From the NCBI GenBank assembly GCA_026914245.1, contig CP110439.1, positions 5,766,001-5,830,000 of the forward strand: a stretch of DNA of 64,000 bases. The letters are read 5' to 3'. The notes below the pieces were generated by a model, which saw nothing but the letters and a program-made list of their open reading frames with translations, ran no database searches and was not told the origin of the DNA. This document shows, piece after piece, positions 60,601 to 64,000 of the stretch. Every line of letters starts with the position of its first letter. The first letter of the stretch is position 1. The translations under genes and the position numbers were made by a program. Source of the DNA: Puccinia triticina (Eukaryota).

Positions 60601-61126
60601 GGCACCAATCAGACAACTTGTCGCAGAAGGAAATTCAAGTTGTTGAAAGAGACAAGCCATTCTCAACAACAGCAGAGGTACAGGAGAATCTGTGTCTCGT
60701 GATGAAACCACAAGAAAAAAAAAAACAGTAAACTAACTATACTGTTCAGCAGATAACTTTATCCCCATCTGCCTTTTTTTCCTTCGATCCACCTTCTATC
60801 TTCACACTCTCCACGCCTTTGTTCATACACAACAGCTCTAGCATCACCAGCTGTGATTTGCTCAACTCAGCCAGACCAAGTGCAGCAGACAATCAACCTG
60901 CTCTTAGGTACAATTCTCTTTCATTCATTCATTCATTCATTTTCAATTGCCTTTGTTGTACATAAATCAAGTAAGACCCTGATTAGAAATAAATCTCTTA
61001 GTTGCTTGAAAATTCACAGATTTACAGTCTTGACGTTGTGAGACTCAAAAGTGTTCCTGAGAACCTTTTGCTGAATGGAGAAGGGGATGATGGAGGTGCA
61101 AACTCTGCCCTTCTATACTATCAGGT

Positions 61127-61158
<32 letters not shown>

Positions 61159-62172
61159 TTAATGAAGTGATAGGGTTGGTTGGTTCAAGATGAGCTTGTT
61201 GATGACACTGAATAAATCTAAGTATATTAAATCCACACTTTTGTGGAAATTTGGTTCATGGGTTCACCCTCCCCTTTTCTCAAAAGGCACTGAAAAAGTG
61301 CCCATAACTCAAAGTTGCTTCCAACTTCAAAGTTCCCCCATTTCTATTTTCAGGCAGAAGTATGTTTGACTTTGCTGCCGTGAAAATTTTATTTTAAGTC
61401 CCCGAACATAAATGCACTTGGACTGATCCCGCAATTCATGAAACACAAATGAAAAGGGACCGGATTTAACCCCCTCGCCTGTTGCAATTGCAAGGGGTTA
61501 GAGGGGGGCAAATAGGATGCCACAAGGCAAAAAAATGAACAAATTAATTCTCAGCCTGCGCAATTGCAGCAGGGGAGGGTTTAAATGTGACTTTTTTTTC
61601 TGAGGATTGTCCGCTCAACCTGTGCAAACGTCGCAGGGGAGCCCAAAAAAACTTAAACCACTCGGGCCCAATGCAAGTGCAATGGGCGGAGGGGGGTTAC
61701 TCAGCCTGCGCAACTGCAACAGGGGAGTGAAAAGAAAGAACCCCTCAAGTCCTTGCAAGTGGGTGGAGGAGAAAAAGGACGGATCCAACCCAACCTCCGC
61801 AACTGCAAGAGGGGAATTTGATCCGTGAAGGACACACGACAACCAAGGAAGCGCTCTATTTATATTTGTACCGCCTCCCCCCCTCAACAAGTATTCAATT
61901 TGCTTCCCCCCTGAAACTTAGTACGATCACCGCTTTCGTCACGGTAACAACACATCAGACAAGTTGAGCCCACCTCAATCTTCCAAGACTCACCAGATTC
62001 AACTGATTTTCTACATACCCTCGCCGCTTTCATCATCACTGTGGTCCCCAAAAAAAACCCTCCCACCCCATCAAGCGAGTGTTGCGACCCTTTCAACTGA
62101 CATGTATGTATGTATATATATCTGACTTCATCTTTTCCGCCTTATGTATTTGTTTTTTTCCTGCCCTGCAAC

Positions 62173-62712
62173 CGGCCGCCAACAACTCCTCCGGGTCATG
62201 GGTCCCAATGGGAACAACGTCCAGCCCCAGGCGGTCTCCCAACTCGGCCCGCTTCCGTCCGGATGGGAGATGCAACTGATGTCCACTGCCCGGGTCTACT
62301 TTGTGGACCACAACACCACGACCCCCGTCTGCCAAGCTCCCTCGACCAGAACGTGCCCCAGTACAAGCGCGACTTCCGCAGGAAACTGATCTACTTCAGA
62401 TCTCAACCCGCCTTGAGACCCAATTCCGGCTTATGCCATGTCAAGATCAGGCGAAGTCACATCTTCGAGGACAGTTATGCTGAGATCATGCGCCAGCAAG
62501 CAAACGACCTCAAAAAACGTCTCATGATCAAGTTTGATGGCGAGGATGGGCTCAACTACGGCGGTGTGTTTTGGTATGTTGAACCGTTCTCTCCTCCTGC
62601 CCCCTTGACCAGGATATTCTGACGTTTGTCACTCTCTCCTACGCCAGAGAGTTTTTCTTCTTGTTGTCACATGAGATGTTCAACCCGTTCTACTGTCTCT
62701 TCAAGTACTTGG
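62173..62712 (+). pseudogene. RSP5: Fragment of Rsp5/Pub1 (NEDD4-family) HECT E3 ligase: last WW domain and HECT N-terminus
   Basis: [10 protein letters not shown]...RVYFVDHNT, then [16 protein letters not shown]...[11 protein letters not shown]...[22 protein letters not shown] intron 62574-62647, then [18 protein letters not shown]. Frameshift in the WW domain, stop at the exon junction, both ends of the gene absent. Confidence 0.9.
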
Positions 62713-62814
62713 CCGGTCTGAAGCTGCAGCAGTAGGTTTCCCCCCGATGATCAGATACATAAATGCTTGGCGTTGGATGGCTGGATGATGTTGATGCGCT
62801 TGGCTGATGGAGGC

Positions 62815-63116
62815 TGACCGAGGCGGACTGCACCCGATTGCTTGAGCTGTTGCCCGCGCCCAACTGCAAGGCACTCTTCAGACGAGGGACCGCCAGGAGA
62901 CTGCAGCGCAAGTGGGCCGACGCCCTCCAAGGTGTGTGTCCTGCTTATCCCTGTCCTCCATCACGAGCCTGTTATCTTACACATGTGTTGCTCATCAGCC
63001 CGCCTGCCAATTGGCATCTCTCTTTCCTTTTTCTAGATCTGCAGGCCGCCCTTGCCTTGGAACCGAACAACGCTAGCATCTGTGCCAAGTTCGAAGCGGT
63101 CAAGGCGCACCTCCAG
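62815..63116 (+). pseudogene. TPR co-chaperone (RPAP3/Tah1-like) gene fragment with intron 62932-63036
   Basis: EADCTRLLELL...NCKALFRRGTARR...WADALQ|DLQAALALEPNN is a canonical TPR pair. Confidence 0.75.
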
Positions 63117-63379
63117 GTTTGGCATTTTTAGCCAATCGGAAGGACATGATTACCTGATCCTCACGCAAAATGTTTGACCAGAAAGAACCAGCGACGGTAG
63201 AACCACCAGCGTCGTCATCGAAGGCATTGTCGTTGACTTCTGTCGCCAGCTCGGATTCCAAAGCCTCCAAGGCCCTTGTCATCCCCAAGCGCGGCGCCAG
63301 AGGGCCCGTCCTCAAGCACCCTGCTACAAGAACTCTTGACAACACGCTTCACCTCCTCGGACCCTTTCCGTGGTTTCCT

Positions 63380-63485
63380 CTGGCCCGATAGTCCCATTCA
63401 GCTTATCATAGCGGGCATATATTTAAACATCCTTCTGGGTTATAGCGCATTGGTAGGAATGTTTTGCATAGTCATCGCGCTTCAC
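63380..63485 (+). pseudogene. Short fragment of an ABCC/MRP-type ABC transporter transmembrane domain
   Basis: SPIQLIIAGIYLNILLGYSALVGMFCIVIAL matches the PxQ......L...LG.SAL.G pattern of ABCC TMD1. Confidence 0.55.
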
Positions 63486-64000
63486 CAACAGCTTGCTTAC
63501 ATACCAATCACCCCTCCCGCCTCTCACCCACTCCATCTTCTCCAACACCAAGATCGTCAACCTCCAAGGGCTCATGATGACCATGGAGGCCATCGGTGTC
63601 AGTCTTTCCAAGGAAGGACCCCAAACAGAAGGCCGCCAAGGACAAGGCCAAGTTCAACACGCTCTCCGCCACCGCCATTGCCAACTCCGCCAACCCGCAA
63701 AGCTTATGTAGTGCAAATACCCTTGACCAGGCCTCAACGCCGGCGATTGCCGCCAGACTGCTCTCAAGACTCCGCCCCTCCCATCCACGCCTTGCTAGGG
63801 CTTTTGGCGTTTGCCCGTCGCCTATCACAGCAGTGATGTAAAATCACCAGAGCTAAATCTGTACTGCATGACTTACCGGAGCGCATCAGCTTAGAATTTC
63901 ATGGCTGTGCCGACAACCATTGGTAACGTCCAGAAAACGGTGACAGTTGACTGCTTCTAGGTTCTTTATCTCAATTTTCAGAGAGATTAATCGACATCAT

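Noticed and set aside
62110..62712. Functional RSP5 gene
   Set aside because: Only an internal fragment, with a frameshift and a stop. The C2 domain, first WW domains and catalytic HECT C-lobe are absent.

Overview
Eukaryotic, repeat-dominated DNA. Spliceosomal introns, the transposon families present and TpCpG-biased decay point to a basidiomycete rust fungus (Pucciniales-like; inference). From left to right: (1) a minus-strand Ty3/Gypsy element (5' LTR 13263-13583, protease-RT-RNase H, integrase running off the window start). Its pol is split in the RNase H-integrase linker by a ~9.9 kb block (~1189-11077) of nine tightly packed, intron-free, uninterrupted ORFs. These include a D5-like SF3 helicase, a stand-alone RNase H1, a uracil-DNA-glycosylase-fold protein, probable ssDNA-binding proteins and orphans, and the block looks like a fragment of an unrecognised DNA virus or virus-like element. 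This is the main finding. (2) A full-length decayed Ty1/Copia element (15508-30109, TSD CCCAC) containing a nested Gypsy element (19617-29036). That element carries a ~53-nt copy of mature tRNA-Tyr at its primer-binding site and is itself interrupted by a solo LTR. (3) A ~24 kb EnSpm/CACTA-type element (32198-56464). It contains an 8.6 kb foldback CACTA element (47082-55658, TSD CCT) built from a 173-bp satellite that flips orientation and holds another solo LTR. (4) A truncated Tc1/IS630-like transposase, a decayed LTR relic, and a chimeric string of host gene fragments (Rsp5 HECT ligase, TPR protein, ABCC transporter). No intact host housekeeping gene was recognised. All protein family calls come from motif recognition by eye, not database searches.
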